A DNA stretch of 64,000 bases. It comes from an uncultured Ruficoccus sp. GTDB taxonomy: Bacteria > Verrucomicrobiota > Verrucomicrobiia > Opitutales > Cerasicoccaceae. The stretch covers positions 64,001 to 128,000 of the forward strand of contig OZ223505.1 in NCBI GenBank assembly GCA_965140785.1. The letters are read 5' to 3'. The notes beneath the pieces were generated by a model that saw only the letters and a list, made by a program, of their open reading frames with translations, made no database searches and had not been told where the DNA came from. Position 1 is the first letter of the stretch; every line of letters starts with the position of its first letter. Positions 1 through 11,085 of this stretch are shown piece after piece. A program made the translations under genes and the position numbers.

Positions 1-620
1 CCTACTTTCTCTCCTCCGCGCTGGTTGTGATCGACATGCAGAACGATTTCGTGCTGGTGGGCGCTTCCGCCTGTGTCGAGGGGACGGCTGATGTCGTGCC
101 GTCCATTGCGCGGCTGCTGGAGGTGTATAGACGGCGCGGGCTCACCATTGTACATGTTGTCCGCCTCTATGAACCGGATGGCTCCAATGCCGACTTGTGC
201 CGTCGCGCGCGGATTGCCGCTGGGGGCCGTATCGTGGAGCCGGACTCGGACGGGGCGGAGATCGTCGAGGAGCTCAAGCCCGTCCCCCAGGCACGTCTGG
301 ATGCGCCGGCCCTGCTGGCCCGGCATGCCCAGGCGCTGGGGGAACATGAATTCGTCTTTTACAAGCCACGCTGGGGGGCCTTTTATGGGACGGCGCTGGA
401 AGTCTTTCTGCGCGAGCACGGCGTGGACACGCTGGTGTTCGCCGGGTGCAACTTCCCCAACTGTCCCCGCACGAGCATTTACGAGGCCAGCGAACGGGAC
501 TTCCGCCTCGTGTTGGCGCGCGATGCGGTTTCCGGCCTTTACCCCAGGGGCGAAGCTGAACTGGAAGCCATCGGCGTGCGCTTGATGGAGGCCGATGAAC
601 TGGTCGAGGCGATGACCTAA
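1..620 (+). CDS. Isochorismatase-family cysteine hydrolase (5' end probably outside window)
   Basis: ALVVIDMQNDF, KPRWGAFYGT and GCNFPNCPRTS motifs give the Asp-Lys-Cys triad; the frame is open back to the window start. Confidence 0.85.
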   Translation, partial: YFLSSALVVIDMQNDFVLVGASACVEGTADVVPSIARLLEVYRRRGLTIVHVVRLYEPDGSNADLCRRARIAAGGRIVEPDSDGAEIVEELKPVPQARLDAPALLARHAQALGEHEFVFYKPRWGAFYGTALEVFLREHGVDTLVFAGCNFPNCPRTSIYEASERDFRLVLARDAVSGLYPRGEAELEAIGVRLMEADELVEAMT

Positions 621-1405
621 TTTGCGGCTGGCTCAGGAGACGTTTCCGGCGCTTCCGCTGCCGCCGCATTCTCGGCTTCGTACTGCTCCATGAGCTCGGC
701 GGTCTTTTTCTGGACGGCGGGCATGACCTCCATGACGCGGGGCATGATGACCTCCATCGTGCGCTGCTGGACCTCGGGGGTTTTTTCGATCATGGCCTGG
801 CCCGAGGGGGTGGCGTAAAAGTCCGAGATACCCTTGAGCTGGTCGGCGGTGAAGGTCTCGGCGTAGATGTCGATCATGTCGCCGCTCATGGCTTCCCAGT
901 CGATGAGGCGGTTCATTTCGTCAAAGGCGCTGGCCTGGATCTCAAGCAGGCGCTCGTCCACAGGTTGGCCCGATTGGGCCATCTGCTGGCGCTGCATGTT
1001 GAGCATGGCCTCTTTCTGCTTCTCCATCAGCTCGCGCATCATCTTCTCGAAGTTGAGCTGCTGGAAGATCTTCTCGGCCTCGGCACGGGCGGCGGCAGTG
1101 TCTGTGCCTTCGGTTGCACCGGCGGTGGCCAGGCGGAGCTTTTGCTGCTGGCCGTCTTTTTCAAGGATGAGGGTCTTGGTCTGCGGTTGGTAGTCGGCCA
1201 CGCTCCAGCCGGCGTAGTCGCCCCCGAGCCGGACCCAGCGGCTGTTCTCGCCCGAGGGTTCGCTGAGCGAGAAGGACAGGTCGTCACCCATTTCGAGGAC
1301 GGCGCGGAAGACATAGGAATCCTGCGCGGGCTCATCGGCGGCGTGCAGGAGGGTGCCGACCGTCAGGGCGGCCAGCAAACAGCAGAAACGGAGGATGTTT
1401 TTCAT
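617..1405 (-). CDS. Exported protein with C-terminal DUF2059-like domain
   Basis: Signal peptide; IYAETFTADQLKGISDFYATPSGQAMIEKTP resembles DUF2059. Confidence 0.7.
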   Translation of the reverse strand: MKNILRFCCLLAALTVGTLLHAADEPAQDSYVFRAVLEMGDDLSFSLSEPSGENSRWVRLGGDYAGWSVADYQPQTKTLILEKDGQQQKLRLATAGATEGTDTAAARAEAEKIFQQLNFEKMMRELMEKQKEAMLNMQRQQMAQSGQPVDERLLEIQASAFDEMNRLIDWEAMSGDMIDIYAETFTADQLKGISDFYATPSGQAMIEKTPEVQQRTMEVIMPRVMEVMPAVQKKTAELMEQYEAENAAAAEAPETSPEPAAN

Positions 1406-1472
1406 GAGGGTAATCGATCAGTCGGAGTGCGAGGGATACTTTTTAAAAAAAAGAGAAGGGTCGTCCGGCGGC

Positions 1473-2354
1473 TCAGGGGAAGGTGTAGCGCTCGGTGCGG
1501 TTCTCGATCATGGAGGAGCGAAACAGGACGGGGCCTTCCGGGCTCTGGCTGGAGGCGGAGAAATTGATCGTGACGGCGGCGGTTTTTTCCAGGGGACCGT
1601 TGTCAGTGCCGACGGGCAGGAGGCTGGTGGTTTTCAGGGCCAGGGTGCCGTGGTCGATGATCATGTTCGTCGGCACGTTGGGCGGGATCAGGTTTTGCAG
1701 GGTCATTTCGCCGGAGACTTTCAGGCAGCGCTGGCCGTCGATCTCCTCGACACCTTCCAGGGTGACGGTGCCGCTGACATCCTCGGGCTGGAGGGTCAGG
1801 CGCTCGTCGGAGGAGTTGCGGGCGGCGTTGGCCTGGTTGACCGTCCAGGTCTCGCCCACGGCGACGGGGTGGTCCGGACCGAAAATCTCGTCGCTGGTGG
1901 CCCGACCATCGTAAATGAGCAGCAGTGAGGCCAGGGCCTGCTGAGCGAGGGAGTTGACCGGCTCCCCGCCGAGGGTGAAGTGGAGCCCGTCGGCCTCCTG
2001 GGTGGCGGTGAGAATCGTGCCCGCGGGGTAAATCGTCTGGGCGGGTCCGTCGATCGCGAGTGTGAGGGTTTTGACCGTGATGGTGGCGGCGGTGGCCAGT
2101 TGACGGTCATTGACGGCGGTAACCTCGATCGTGCCGTCAAAGTCCAGCTCGGAGGAGAATTTCTGCTCGCGGACGGTTTCGCCGTTGAGGGAGAGGGTCA
2201 CTTCAACCTGGCGCTCCACCTGCATGCCCAGCCCGTAGGTCTGGCCCACCTGGCGCGGGTAGGTCAACTGGACCGGCCAGGTGTCGGCTCCGTGGACGGG
2301 GGCCAGGGCGGCACCGGCGAGGCCCATCAGGGCGAGGGTGAGCAGCAACTTCAT
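1473..2354 (-). CDS. Hypothetical exported beta-rich protein
   Basis: Signal peptide MKLLLTLALMGLAGAALA; 293-aa ORF with coding-like codon usage. Confidence 0.7.
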   Translation of the reverse strand: MKLLLTLALMGLAGAALAPVHGADTWPVQLTYPRQVGQTYGLGMQVERQVEVTLSLNGETVREQKFSSELDFDGTIEVTAVNDRQLATAATITVKTLTLAIDGPAQTIYPAGTILTATQEADGLHFTLGGEPVNSLAQQALASLLLIYDGRATSDEIFGPDHPVAVGETWTVNQANAARNSSDERLTLQPEDVSGTVTLEGVEEIDGQRCLKVSGEMTLQNLIPPNVPTNMIIDHGTLALKTTSLLPVGTDNGPLEKTAAVTINFSASSQSPEGPVLFRSSMIENRTERYTFP

Positions 2355-2551
2355 CCCCTCAGGCTGGGGAGCCCCGGCCCCGCTGGCAACGGGATAATTT
2401 ACGGTCCTTTTGCGTTTAAGCCGCTGTCAGGCGCGCCGAACCGCCTTGTTTTTCGCAGTGTCTTTCGTTTCCTCCGCGACTTTCAGCGTACCGCCTCGCC
2501 CCTCCCTGAATCTTTACAAATCCATGAATTAAGAATCCACGAATTAACAAA

Positions 2552-3349
2552 CTACCACTTTAAGCGGATGCCGAGTGGGCAGTGGTCGCTGCCCATGACA
2601 TCGCTGAGGATAAAGGCGTCGTCCAGGTGCGGCTCCAGGTCTTTGGAGATGAGAAAGTAGTCGATGCGCCACCCGATGTTTTTCCCGCGGGCGCCGGCCC
2701 GGTAGCTCCACCAGGTGTACTGGTCGGCCAGGCCGGGGTTGCGGTGGCGGAACGTGTCGATAAAGCCGCCCTCGAGGTGCTGCGTGAACTCCGCCCGCTC
2801 CTCGTCAGTAAAGCCCGCGTTGCGGCGGTTGGGCTTGGGCCGGGCGAGGTCGATCTCCTCGTGGGCGACGTTGAAGTCCCCGCAGACCACGACGGATTTT
2901 TCTTTCGCCAGCCCTGTGAGCATCTCGCGGAAGGCCGGGTCGAACTCCCCGGTGCGGTAGCCGAGCCGCCGCAGCTCATTCTGGGAATTGGGTACATAGA
3001 CATTGACCAGGTAAAAGCGTCCGAAGTCGGCCACCTGCACGCGCCCCTCCTGGGGGTGGACGGCCCGGTCCGGCCAGTCGATCCGCACGGAGGCGGCGGG
3101 GTGCTGCGAAAGAATGGCCGTGCCCGAGTAGCCTTTTTTCTCCGCCTCGTGGTAGTACTGGCACGGGTAGGGGATTTCGAGCTTGGGGGCGGCGTCCTCG
3201 TTCACCTTGATCTCCTGCAGACACAGGATGTCCGGCTGGTGGGTCGCGATGAAGTCGGTAAAGCCCTTTTTCATCACGGCGCGCAGGCCGTTTACGTTCC
3301 AGGAGACGAGGGTCAGCTCGTTGGGCAGGGGTTGGGTCGTTTCGCTCAC
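2552..3349 (-). CDS. xth: Exodeoxyribonuclease III
   Basis: [43 protein letters not shown] motifs. Confidence 0.95.
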   Translation of the reverse strand: MSETTQPLPNELTLVSWNVNGLRAVMKKGFTDFIATHQPDILCLQEIKVNEDAAPKLEIPYPCQYYHEAEKKGYSGTAILSQHPAASVRIDWPDRAVHPQEGRVQVADFGRFYLVNVYVPNSQNELRRLGYRTGEFDPAFREMLTGLAKEKSVVVCGDFNVAHEEIDLARPKPNRRNAGFTDEERAEFTQHLEGGFIDTFRHRNPGLADQYTWWSYRAGARGKNIGWRIDYFLISKDLEPHLDDAFILSDVMGSDHCPLGIRLKW

Positions 3350-3537
3350 GCCGACCAGCCAAAGTCATGCCGCCGCCGTGGACAAGGCAATTGTCGGGGA
3401 GTTCATCCCGGCGTTCGCGCTGGGGGTCGTGGGCGGCAATTCCCGTAAATACTTGACTAAACTAGGCAACCGAGGCCATTTTTAACGTTTCCACTTATTA
3501 ATCCCAGCCCATTTTAGCGAAAGTTATATCACACTGC

Positions 3538-3822
3538 ATGTCCAACGAAGTCATCGAAGTCGAGGGTAAGATCGTCGCCGTTCTACCCGGTACCATGTTC
3601 CGGGTCGAGCTACCCAACAAGCACGTCGTGCTCGCCACCATCTCTGGCAAGCTGCGCAAAAACTTTATCAAGATCACGACCGGCGACATGGTAAAGATGG
3701 AAATGACGCCCATGGACCTGAACCGCGCGCGCATCACTTACCGCCTGCGCAACGCCAACCAGCAGCGCCGCGCGCCCATCCGCAGCTTCGGGCCGCGCCG
3801 CCGTGGCGGTGGCCGTCGCTAG
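3538..3822 (+). CDS. infA: Translation initiation factor IF-1
   Basis: [20 protein letters not shown]...[14 protein letters not shown]; Arg/Gly-rich C-terminal extension. Confidence 0.95.
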   Translation: MSNEVIEVEGKIVAVLPGTMFRVELPNKHVVLATISGKLRKNFIKITTGDMVKMEMTPMDLNRARITYRLRNANQQRRAPIRSFGPRRRGGGRR

Positions 3823-3883
3823 GGGCACTTGTTGGGTTTTTCTTGCCCCTTATCTCTCTCACTAACCCGAATCCCTATTCGTC

Positions 3884-4843
<960 letters not shown>

Positions 4844-4867
4844 GCCGCGTTTTATCGCTTTCTTTCG

Positions 4868-4900
4868 AAAGACTCCCGCTAATTACCGGGAGTCTTTTTT
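4868..4900 (+). terminator. Rho-independent terminator of infA-cysK
   Basis: AAAGACTCCCG...CGGGAGTCTTT stem followed by T run. Confidence 0.8.
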
Positions 4901-5003
4901 GTTAGTCAGGAAAATAGCCCAGCCATATCGGTAACTTCTCCGATGGAGATTTAACCTAAATGGGGGTAAAATAGGCTTGTCTTGAGTAATGGAACTCAGG
5001 ATG

Positions 5004-5083
5004 CTGTAGGCCTCCTACAGGTAGATGTAGTAGTAGTGGTAGCTTAAGGACCGTCGCCCTTTTTGGGGCGGCGGTTTCTTTTT
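5004..5083 (+). ncRNA. Candidate small RNA (hairpin, GTA-repeat linker, terminator)
   Basis: CTGTAGG-cct-CCTACAG hairpin, GTAGATGTAGTAGTAGTGGTAG linker, ACCGTCGCCC/GGGCGGCGGT stem plus TTCTTTTT; no ORF precedes this terminator. Confidence 0.4.
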
Positions 5084-5233
5084 AGCGGGGTGGAAAAGGC
5101 GAGGAGGGGTGATTAAAAAAACGCCTGCCTCGCTCAACGCCGTCCGCCATACATAGCCGTTTTCCCCTCAGTCGGTCGGGCGGAATGCAGGCGGAGCTTG
5201 CGATTTACGGGGGAGTGCATTGGTTGAGAAGCC

Positions 5234-6682
5234 ATGACCGCCCCGACCGAATACCCCTGTCTGCTGTGGTTCCGGTTCGATCTGCGTCTGGAGGATAATC
5301 CAGCCCTGGCGACGGCCATTGAGTCCGGTCAACCGGTGCTCCCGGTGTATATTTACGACGAGAAAGGTGAGGGCGACTGGCCACCCGGCGGGGCTTCCCG
5401 CTGGTGGCTGCACCACGCGCTGGCGGACCTGGCCGAGCAGTTGAGCGAACACGGCCTGAAGCTTCTCCTGCGCCGGGGCGATTCCCTGAAATGCCTGCGT
5501 GAGCTGTGCGAAGAAACCGGCGCCCGGGCTCTCTATGCCAACCGCCGCTACGAGCCCGCCGCCCGCGAGCAGCAGGACCATGTCACAGAGGTGATGCAGG
5601 CGGACGGGATCGAGGTACACCTCAGCAAGGCCGGGCTGCTCTTCGAGCCGTGGGAGATCGAGAACAAATCCGGCAACCCCTTTCAGGTTTTCACCCCTTA
5701 CTGGCGCACCTGCCGCGAGCATGCCTGGCCCGCCCCGGTCAAGGTGCCGCTGTCCCGCTTCAAAGGCATGCAGTCGCCGCCCGATTCGCTGGCCTTGGAT
5801 AAGCTGTCGCTCCTGCCGAAGCTCAATTGGGATGCGGGCTTTTACGAAGCCTGGGAGCCGACCCGGGCGGGTGCGCTGGCGCGGCTGCGGGATTTCGCCA
5901 AAGGCGCGGTGGAGGACTACGCCGCCGAGCGCGACTGCCCCGATCGGGATGGTACCTCGCGCCTCTCGCCGTACCTGCACTTCGGCCAGCTCGGGCCGCG
6001 CGAGATCGTGGCCGCGCTGGAGAAGCACGCCCGCCTCGACACCGACGGCGGCGACAAGTATCTGGCTGAAGTCGGCTGGCGCGAGTTCTCCCACCATCTG
6101 CTGTATCATTTTTCCAATACACCGGAGCAGCCGCTGCGGGAGGACTTTGAGAAATTCCCCTGGCGCGAGAATGCGGATCTCCTGAGGGCCTGGCAGCGCG
6201 GGCAGACCGGCTACCCCTTTGTCGATGCCGGGATGCGCCAGCTCTGGACAACCGGCTGGATGCACAACCGTGTGCGCATGGTGGCCGCCTCACTCCTGGT
6301 CAAGCACCTGCTCCAGCCCTGGCAGGCCGGGGCGCGCTGGTTCTGGGACACGCTGGTGGACGCTGACCTGGCCAATAACACACAGGGCTGGCAATGGACC
6401 GCCGGTTGCGGTGCGGACGCCGCCCCGTACTTCCGCGTCTTCAATCCCATGACGCAGGGCGAGCGCTTCGACCCGCAGGGCGACTACGTGCGTCGCTGGG
6501 TGCCGGAGTTGGCCGAGCTGCCGCCCAAGTACATCCACCGCCCCTGGGAAGCGCCCAGCCCGGTGCTCGAAGAGGCCGGCGTGCGCCTCGGCACCGATTA
6601 CCCCGAACCGGTCATCAGCCATGTCGAGGGCCGTGGGCGAGCGCTGGCCGCTTTTGAAAAATTAAAGGAAACCCGCCGTTGA
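5234..6682 (+). CDS. phrB: Deoxyribodipyrimidine (CPD class I) photolyase
   Basis: WFRFDLRLEDNPAL, TSRLSPYLHFG, GQTGYPFVDAGMRQL, MHNRVRM, WQWTAG, YFRVFNP. Confidence 0.93.
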   Translation: MTAPTEYPCLLWFRFDLRLEDNPALATAIESGQPVLPVYIYDEKGEGDWPPGGASRWWLHHALADLAEQLSEHGLKLLLRRGDSLKCLRELCEETGARALYANRRYEPAAREQQDHVTEVMQADGIEVHLSKAGLLFEPWEIENKSGNPFQVFTPYWRTCREHAWPAPVKVPLSRFKGMQSPPDSLALDKLSLLPKLNWDAGFYEAWEPTRAGALARLRDFAKGAVEDYAAERDCPDRDGTSRLSPYLHFGQLGPREIVAALEKHARLDTDGGDKYLAEVGWREFSHHLLYHFSNTPEQPLREDFEKFPWRENADLLRAWQRGQTGYPFVDAGMRQLWTTGWMHNRVRMVAASLLVKHLLQPWQAGARWFWDTLVDADLANNTQGWQWTAGCGADAAPYFRVFNPMTQGERFDPQGDYVRRWVPELAELPPKYIHRPWEAPSPVLEEAGVRLGTDYPEPVISHVEGRGRALAAFEKLKETRR

Positions 6683-6706
6683 ATCCTAAACATTGAAAAC
6701 CGCTTT

Positions 6707-7591
6707 ATGAAAATCGCCATTGCCGGGGGAACCGGCCTGATTGGAACCGCTCTGCGCGCTTCGCTCGAAGCCGACGGGCACACCTGCCTCACAATCTCGC
6801 GCACGCCGGGGGAGAACACCGTGCTCTGGGACCCGGCGGCGGGCCAGATCGACGCGTCCGCGCTGGCCGGGGTGGACGCCGTGGTCAACCTCGCCGGACG
6901 CAACATCGCCAGCCGCTGGACCGATTCGATTAAAGAAGAAATCCGCGAGAGCCGCGTCGCAGGCACCGGGCTGCTTGCCCGGACCCTGGCAGGCATGCAA
7001 CCGCAGCCCCGCGTCTTCATCAGCGCCTCGGCCACCGGCTACTACGGGATCAAGCACGAGGAGGACCTGACCGAGGAGAGTTCTGCCGGGGACGGTTTTC
7101 TGGCCGCTGTCTGCCAGGAGTGGGAAGCCACCGCCGAGCCCGCCTGTGCCGCCGGTATTCGCACTGTGTTCCTGCGCAACGGCGTGGTGCTAACCCCCGA
7201 CGGCGGTGCGCTGGAAAAAATCCTCACCCCCTTCAAGGCCGGATTAGGAGGTCCCATCGGCGACGGCAAACAGTGGATGAGCTGGATCGCGATCGACGAT
7301 GTGGTCGGGCTGATCCGCTTCTGTCTCGATAGCGACGCCGTCCACGGCCCGCTCAACGCGACTGCCCCCGAGCCGGTCACCAATGGTGAGTTCGCCTCCA
7401 CTCTGGGCGAGGTAATGGACAAGCCCTCGGCCATCCCCACCCCGGCTTTTGCGCTCAAGCTCGCCTTCGGCCAGATGGCGGAGGAGACGCTACTGTCCAG
7501 TGCACGCGTGCTCCCGGCCAAGGCTCAGGCCGCCGGTTATGTTTTTCAGTTTCCAGCCTTGAAACCCGCCCTCGAACACCTCTTGTCTTGA
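6707..7591 (+). CDS. TIGR01777-type NAD-dependent epimerase/oxidoreductase (YfcH-like)
   Basis: GGTGLIG Rossmann motif, VVNLAG, GDGKQWMSWI, GPLNATAPEPVTN. Confidence 0.9.
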   Translation: MKIAIAGGTGLIGTALRASLEADGHTCLTISRTPGENTVLWDPAAGQIDASALAGVDAVVNLAGRNIASRWTDSIKEEIRESRVAGTGLLARTLAGMQPQPRVFISASATGYYGIKHEEDLTEESSAGDGFLAAVCQEWEATAEPACAAGIRTVFLRNGVVLTPDGGALEKILTPFKAGLGGPIGDGKQWMSWIAIDDVVGLIRFCLDSDAVHGPLNATAPEPVTNGEFASTLGEVMDKPSAIPTPAFALKLAFGQMAEETLLSSARVLPAKAQAAGYVFQFPALKPALEHLLS

Positions 7592-7594
7592 GGC

Positions 7595-8050
7595 ATGCGT
7601 GCGGTGATTCAGCGGGTGGACGCGGCTTCGGTCAGCGTTGCGGACGAGGTGATTGGCGAGATTGGCCCGGGGCTGCTCGTCTTTCTCGGCGTGGGTGAGG
7701 GAGATACGACGGATGATGTCGCCTGGCTCGCCGCCAAGGTTTGCAAGCTGCGCGTCTTCGAGGACGAGGCGGGAAAGATGAACCTCCCCGTGACCGACAC
7801 CGGCGGCGGCGTGCTGGTCATCAGCCAGTTCACCCTCTTTGGTAACCTGAAGAAAGGCACGCGCCCGTCCTTCAACCGTTCGGCTCCGCCCGAGGTGGCG
7901 ATCCCGCTCTACGAGGCCTTCATCGCGGAGGTCTCGCGCCTGCTGGATAAACCGGTCCCCTCGGGCCGCTTCGCCGCCGATATGACGATCCACGCCGCCA
8001 ACGATGGCCCCGTCACGCTCATCCTCGACACCCGCCAGAAAGATTTTTAA
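7595..8050 (+). CDS. dtd: D-aminoacyl-tRNA deacylase
   Basis: MRAVIQRV, SQFTL, G.RPSF, NDGPVT. Confidence 0.95.
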   Translation: MRAVIQRVDAASVSVADEVIGEIGPGLLVFLGVGEGDTTDDVAWLAAKVCKLRVFEDEAGKMNLPVTDTGGGVLVISQFTLFGNLKKGTRPSFNRSAPPEVAIPLYEAFIAEVSRLLDKPVPSGRFAADMTIHAANDGPVTLILDTRQKDF

Positions 8051-8116
8051 GGGGCGCCCCTGTGCCGAGAATTACCTCCGCCTGTAATACCGCTTGCAAC
8101 CAGTTTTGATAAGGTC

Positions 8117-8198
8117 AGGGATTTAACAGGAAGGCCGGAAAGAACGAAAAGAAAGATCTATAGCCTTCTACCCCCGCTCGTCCCGACCTTCCTGTTAA
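8117..8198. repeat. Palindromic intergenic element, TTAACAGGAAGG arm family
   Basis: Left arm AGGGATTTAACAGGAAGGCCGGAAAG...; right arm ends CCTTCCTGTTAA; 8117-8155 is 37/39 identical to the reverse complement of 11412-11450. Confidence 0.85.
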
Positions 8199-8249
8199 CA
8201 ATAATCGCTCAAAAATCTTTCTGATTGTATCATTTCCGTTCTCCGATTC

Positions 8250-8783
8250 ATGCCCGTACCCCAAGGAAAAGTCCTGCCGCTCGCCTTCTTCCGGCGCGAC
8301 ACCGAAACGGTCACCCGCGAGCTGCTCGGGAAGGCCCTGTGCCGCAAGCTGCCCGACGGCACCACCCGGCGCGGTCTGTTGACCGAACTGGAGGCCTACG
8401 TCGGCCCGCATGACAAAGCCTGCCATGCCAGCAAGGGCAAGACCCCCCGCACCGCCGTCATGTTCGAGCCCGGCGGGGTCTTTTACGTTTACCTCTGCTA
8501 CGGCATGCACTGGATGCTCAACCTCGTGACTGAGGGCGGTGAGTATCCGGCTGCGATTCTCGTGCGCGGGGTGGACGACATCCGCGGCCCGGGGCGCGTG
8601 ACGAAGCAACTCGCTATCGGGCGCGACCTCAACACCCGTCCCATCCGCCGCCCGAGCGGCTTGTGGGTGGAGGACGTCGGCGTGGAAGTGCCCGAGGCAC
8701 AGATCGAGCGTACGCCGCGCATCGGGATCAACTACGCCGGAGAGTACTGGATCAACCAGCCTCTACGCTACGTGGTGAAGTGA
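8250..8783 (+). CDS. mpg: DNA-3-methyladenine glycosylase (MPG/AAG family)
   Basis: ELEAYVGPHDKACHA, YVYLCYGMHWMLN, GPGRV, RTPRIGI. Confidence 0.9.
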   Translation: MPVPQGKVLPLAFFRRDTETVTRELLGKALCRKLPDGTTRRGLLTELEAYVGPHDKACHASKGKTPRTAVMFEPGGVFYVYLCYGMHWMLNLVTEGGEYPAAILVRGVDDIRGPGRVTKQLAIGRDLNTRPIRRPSGLWVEDVGVEVPEAQIERTPRIGINYAGEYWINQPLRYVVK

Positions 8784-8848
8784 CTTGTACTCTGCCGGGA
8801 TCAAGAGTCTCTCAATCCCGTCGGTAGTCAGTCGATTCTAACCCCGGC

Positions 8849-9631
8849 CTACGACTTCATCGTGGTGGCGGCGTCGAGACGCTCGGCGACGTTGTCCCAG
8901 TTGACGACCTTCCACCAGTTGTCGATGTAGTCGCCGCGGCGGTTCTGGTACTTCAGGTAGTAGGCATGCTCCCAGACGTCGAGAGCGAGGATCGGCACCA
9001 CGCCCCATTGGGTGAGGTTCTGGTGCTTCTCGGCCTGGAGGATGACGAGCTTGCCGCCAAAGGGCTGATAGCCGAGCAGGCCCCAGCCGCTGCCCTGGAC
9101 GTGCTTGGCCACGGTGGAGAACTGCGACTTGAAGGTGTCGAAGCTGCCGAAGTGCTCACCGAGGGTCTTCTTCACCGTCGAGGACGGTGAGGTTGAGCCA
9201 GCGGGGGCCATGTTCTGGAAGAAGACCGTGTGCAGGTTGTACCCCGCGCCGTTGAAGGCCAGTTGGTTCTCCCAGTAGGAGACTTCCGGGAAGTCGTCGT
9301 CGGAGCGGAAGTCTTTGAGCTTGGAGAGGGCCTTGTTGAGGCCGTTCTTGTAGCCGTTGAAGTGAATGTCGTGGTGCAGGCGCATGGTCTCGGCGTCGAT
9401 CGAGGGTTCCAGCGCGTTGTACGCGTAGGGCAGGGGCGGCAGCTCGTACTCACCGGCACTGTTCATGGGAACGTCGAACAGGACGGTGGCGGCGGGGGAG
9501 GAAGCGGCGGCGGCGGGCGCTGCCTGGGCCCGGGAGGCACCCAGGAGCCCTAATCCGGCCAGCCCGGCGGCGCCGACAAAGGAGCGGCGGTTCAGATTGA
9601 CGGGGGGAGTGCTGTCAGGTGTCGTATCCAT
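8849..9631 (-). CDS. sodA: Fe/Mn superoxide dismutase with twin-arginine signal peptide
   Basis: LPPLPYAYNALEP, LHHDIH, QGSGWG, DVWEHAYYLKYQNRR; N-terminal NRRSFVGAA...AQA; start placed at MDTTP (ORF track starts at 9661). Mn versus Fe specificity not established. Confidence 0.9.
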   Translation of the reverse strand: MDTTPDSTPPVNLNRRSFVGAAGLAGLGLLGASRAQAAPAAAASSPAATVLFDVPMNSAGEYELPPLPYAYNALEPSIDAETMRLHHDIHFNGYKNGLNKALSKLKDFRSDDDFPEVSYWENQLAFNGAGYNLHTVFFQNMAPAGSTSPSSTVKKTLGEHFGSFDTFKSQFSTVAKHVQGSGWGLLGYQPFGGKLVILQAEKHQNLTQWGVVPILALDVWEHAYYLKYQNRRGDYIDNWWKVVNWDNVAERLDAATTMKS

Positions 9632-9750
9632 CCGGCAAGCATAGGGACACAGCCCACCCAAGTCAAACGGAGCGGTCGGATTTCCCGTGGCCAGGCGGTA
9701 ATCCGATGTGTCAGCCCATCAAACCGCGCATGCGCAGGCCCTTAGGTAAT

Positions 9751-9774
9751 AAAAAAGCCCGCCTGAGCGGGCTT
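9751..9774 (-). terminator. Terminator after tRNA-Asp
   Basis: AAGCCCGC/GCGGGCTT stem with A run on the + strand (U run on the - strand). Confidence 0.75.
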
Positions 9775-9778
9775 AAAA

Positions 9779-9855
<77 letters not shown>

Positions 9856-9995
9856 CCTGAAAGAGGAAAGAGGCCGAAGTTAGCGGATGAGGGCGGCATG
9901 TCAAGCGGTCAATTCGCTGTTTTTTTGCCTTAGGGTTTTTTTTGCTGTCAGTTCGCTGTTTACCCGGGGCGGGAGCGGGCCTAACTTGAGCGCCG

Positions 9996-11063
9996 ATGCC
10001 GGAGAATCAGGGCCCGGGCCGCCGATTGGCCGATCTCACTGCCGCCCGCCGCGGGCGGGGTAAGCGCGGCGCGTTGGCCGCGGCGGTGGTGGCTCAGGCT
10101 CTCATCTTGCTGGTTGCGGTCGGAGTCATCATCGCGGTGCCGGACGGACAGGAGGACCCGGCGTTCAAGGCCGGCAAGCGTATCACCCTCCCGCAGCGTG
10201 AATTGGAGCACCGGGCGGCGCTGAACGAGTTCCAGCAGGCGGCGGGGGCGCCGCTGCCGGTGGAAAAACTGACCACGGAGGCCCTGCTGCCGGACGCCGC
10301 CCTGCCGGAGCTGCCGAGCTTGCCGAGCGAGAGTTTCAGCCCCTTTGTCCTGGAGAACCCCGCCCCGGACGCCGACGCGCTGCTGGGTGAGACCGGGCTG
10401 AATGCGGCGCTGGCGGGCCTTCCGGGCGGCATGTCCGAGCTGGACCTGTTCGGCATCCGCGAGGGGGCGAGCCGGTTCGTTATCCTCGTCGATACATCCA
10501 ACTCGATGTTCGAGCGTCAGCGCGACGGGGTGAAGTACCGTTTCGATTTTTCCGTGATCAAGGAGGAGATCGCGGCGCTCATTGCGGGTTTGCAGCCGGA
10601 TACGCAGTTCAATCTCGCCATCTACGAGGGCGGCTCGTTGGCCTGGCAGCCGCAGCTTATGCCCGCGACGCTGGAGAACAAGCAGGCGGCGCAGGCATGG
10701 CTGTATGGGTTGAGCGAAAGCCCGTCGGCGTCGATTTCCTCGCGCCGCAGTCCCGGCCCGACGCTGATCGAGGGCGGCGGCACTCGGCTCGATACAGGGT
10801 TGCGGCAGGCGTTCGGCTTTGAGCCGGAGGTGATTTTTATCGTGACCGACGGGGAGATCAACCGCAGTGGCCGGACCATTCCTGAGGACGAGTTGCTGGA
10901 CATCATCCGCGAGCTTCAGCGGACCTTGGCGGAGCCGGCGCGGCTCCACGTCATCCACTACGAGACCGCCGTGACCAAACCCGAGGAAACCGCCACCATG
11001 CGGGCGATTGCCGGGCGCAACGGCGGGCGCTTCCGCAAGGTCGAGGCCGTGCCGGTGAAGTGA
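9996..11063 (+). CDS. Membrane-anchored von Willebrand factor A domain protein
   Basis: N-terminal TM helix; MIDAS elements LVDTSNSM, GGTR and IVTDG. Confidence 0.8.
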   Translation: MPENQGPGRRLADLTAARRGRGKRGALAAAVVAQALILLVAVGVIIAVPDGQEDPAFKAGKRITLPQRELEHRAALNEFQQAAGAPLPVEKLTTEALLPDAALPELPSLPSESFSPFVLENPAPDADALLGETGLNAALAGLPGGMSELDLFGIREGASRFVILVDTSNSMFERQRDGVKYRFDFSVIKEEIAALIAGLQPDTQFNLAIYEGGSLAWQPQLMPATLENKQAAQAWLYGLSESPSASISSRRSPGPTLIEGGGTRLDTGLRQAFGFEPEVIFIVTDGEINRSGRTIPEDELLDIIRELQRTLAEPARLHVIHYETAVTKPEETATMRAIAGRNGGRFRKVEAVPVK

Positions 11064-11085
11064 CCGGGGCGTGGAAGGACGTGAA

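Noticed and set aside
2455..2548. AATCCATGAATTAAG / AATCCACGAATTAAC direct repeat and a degenerate arm-like tract after xth
   Set aside because: Possibly decayed members of the arm superfamily, but too degenerate and unpaired to call.
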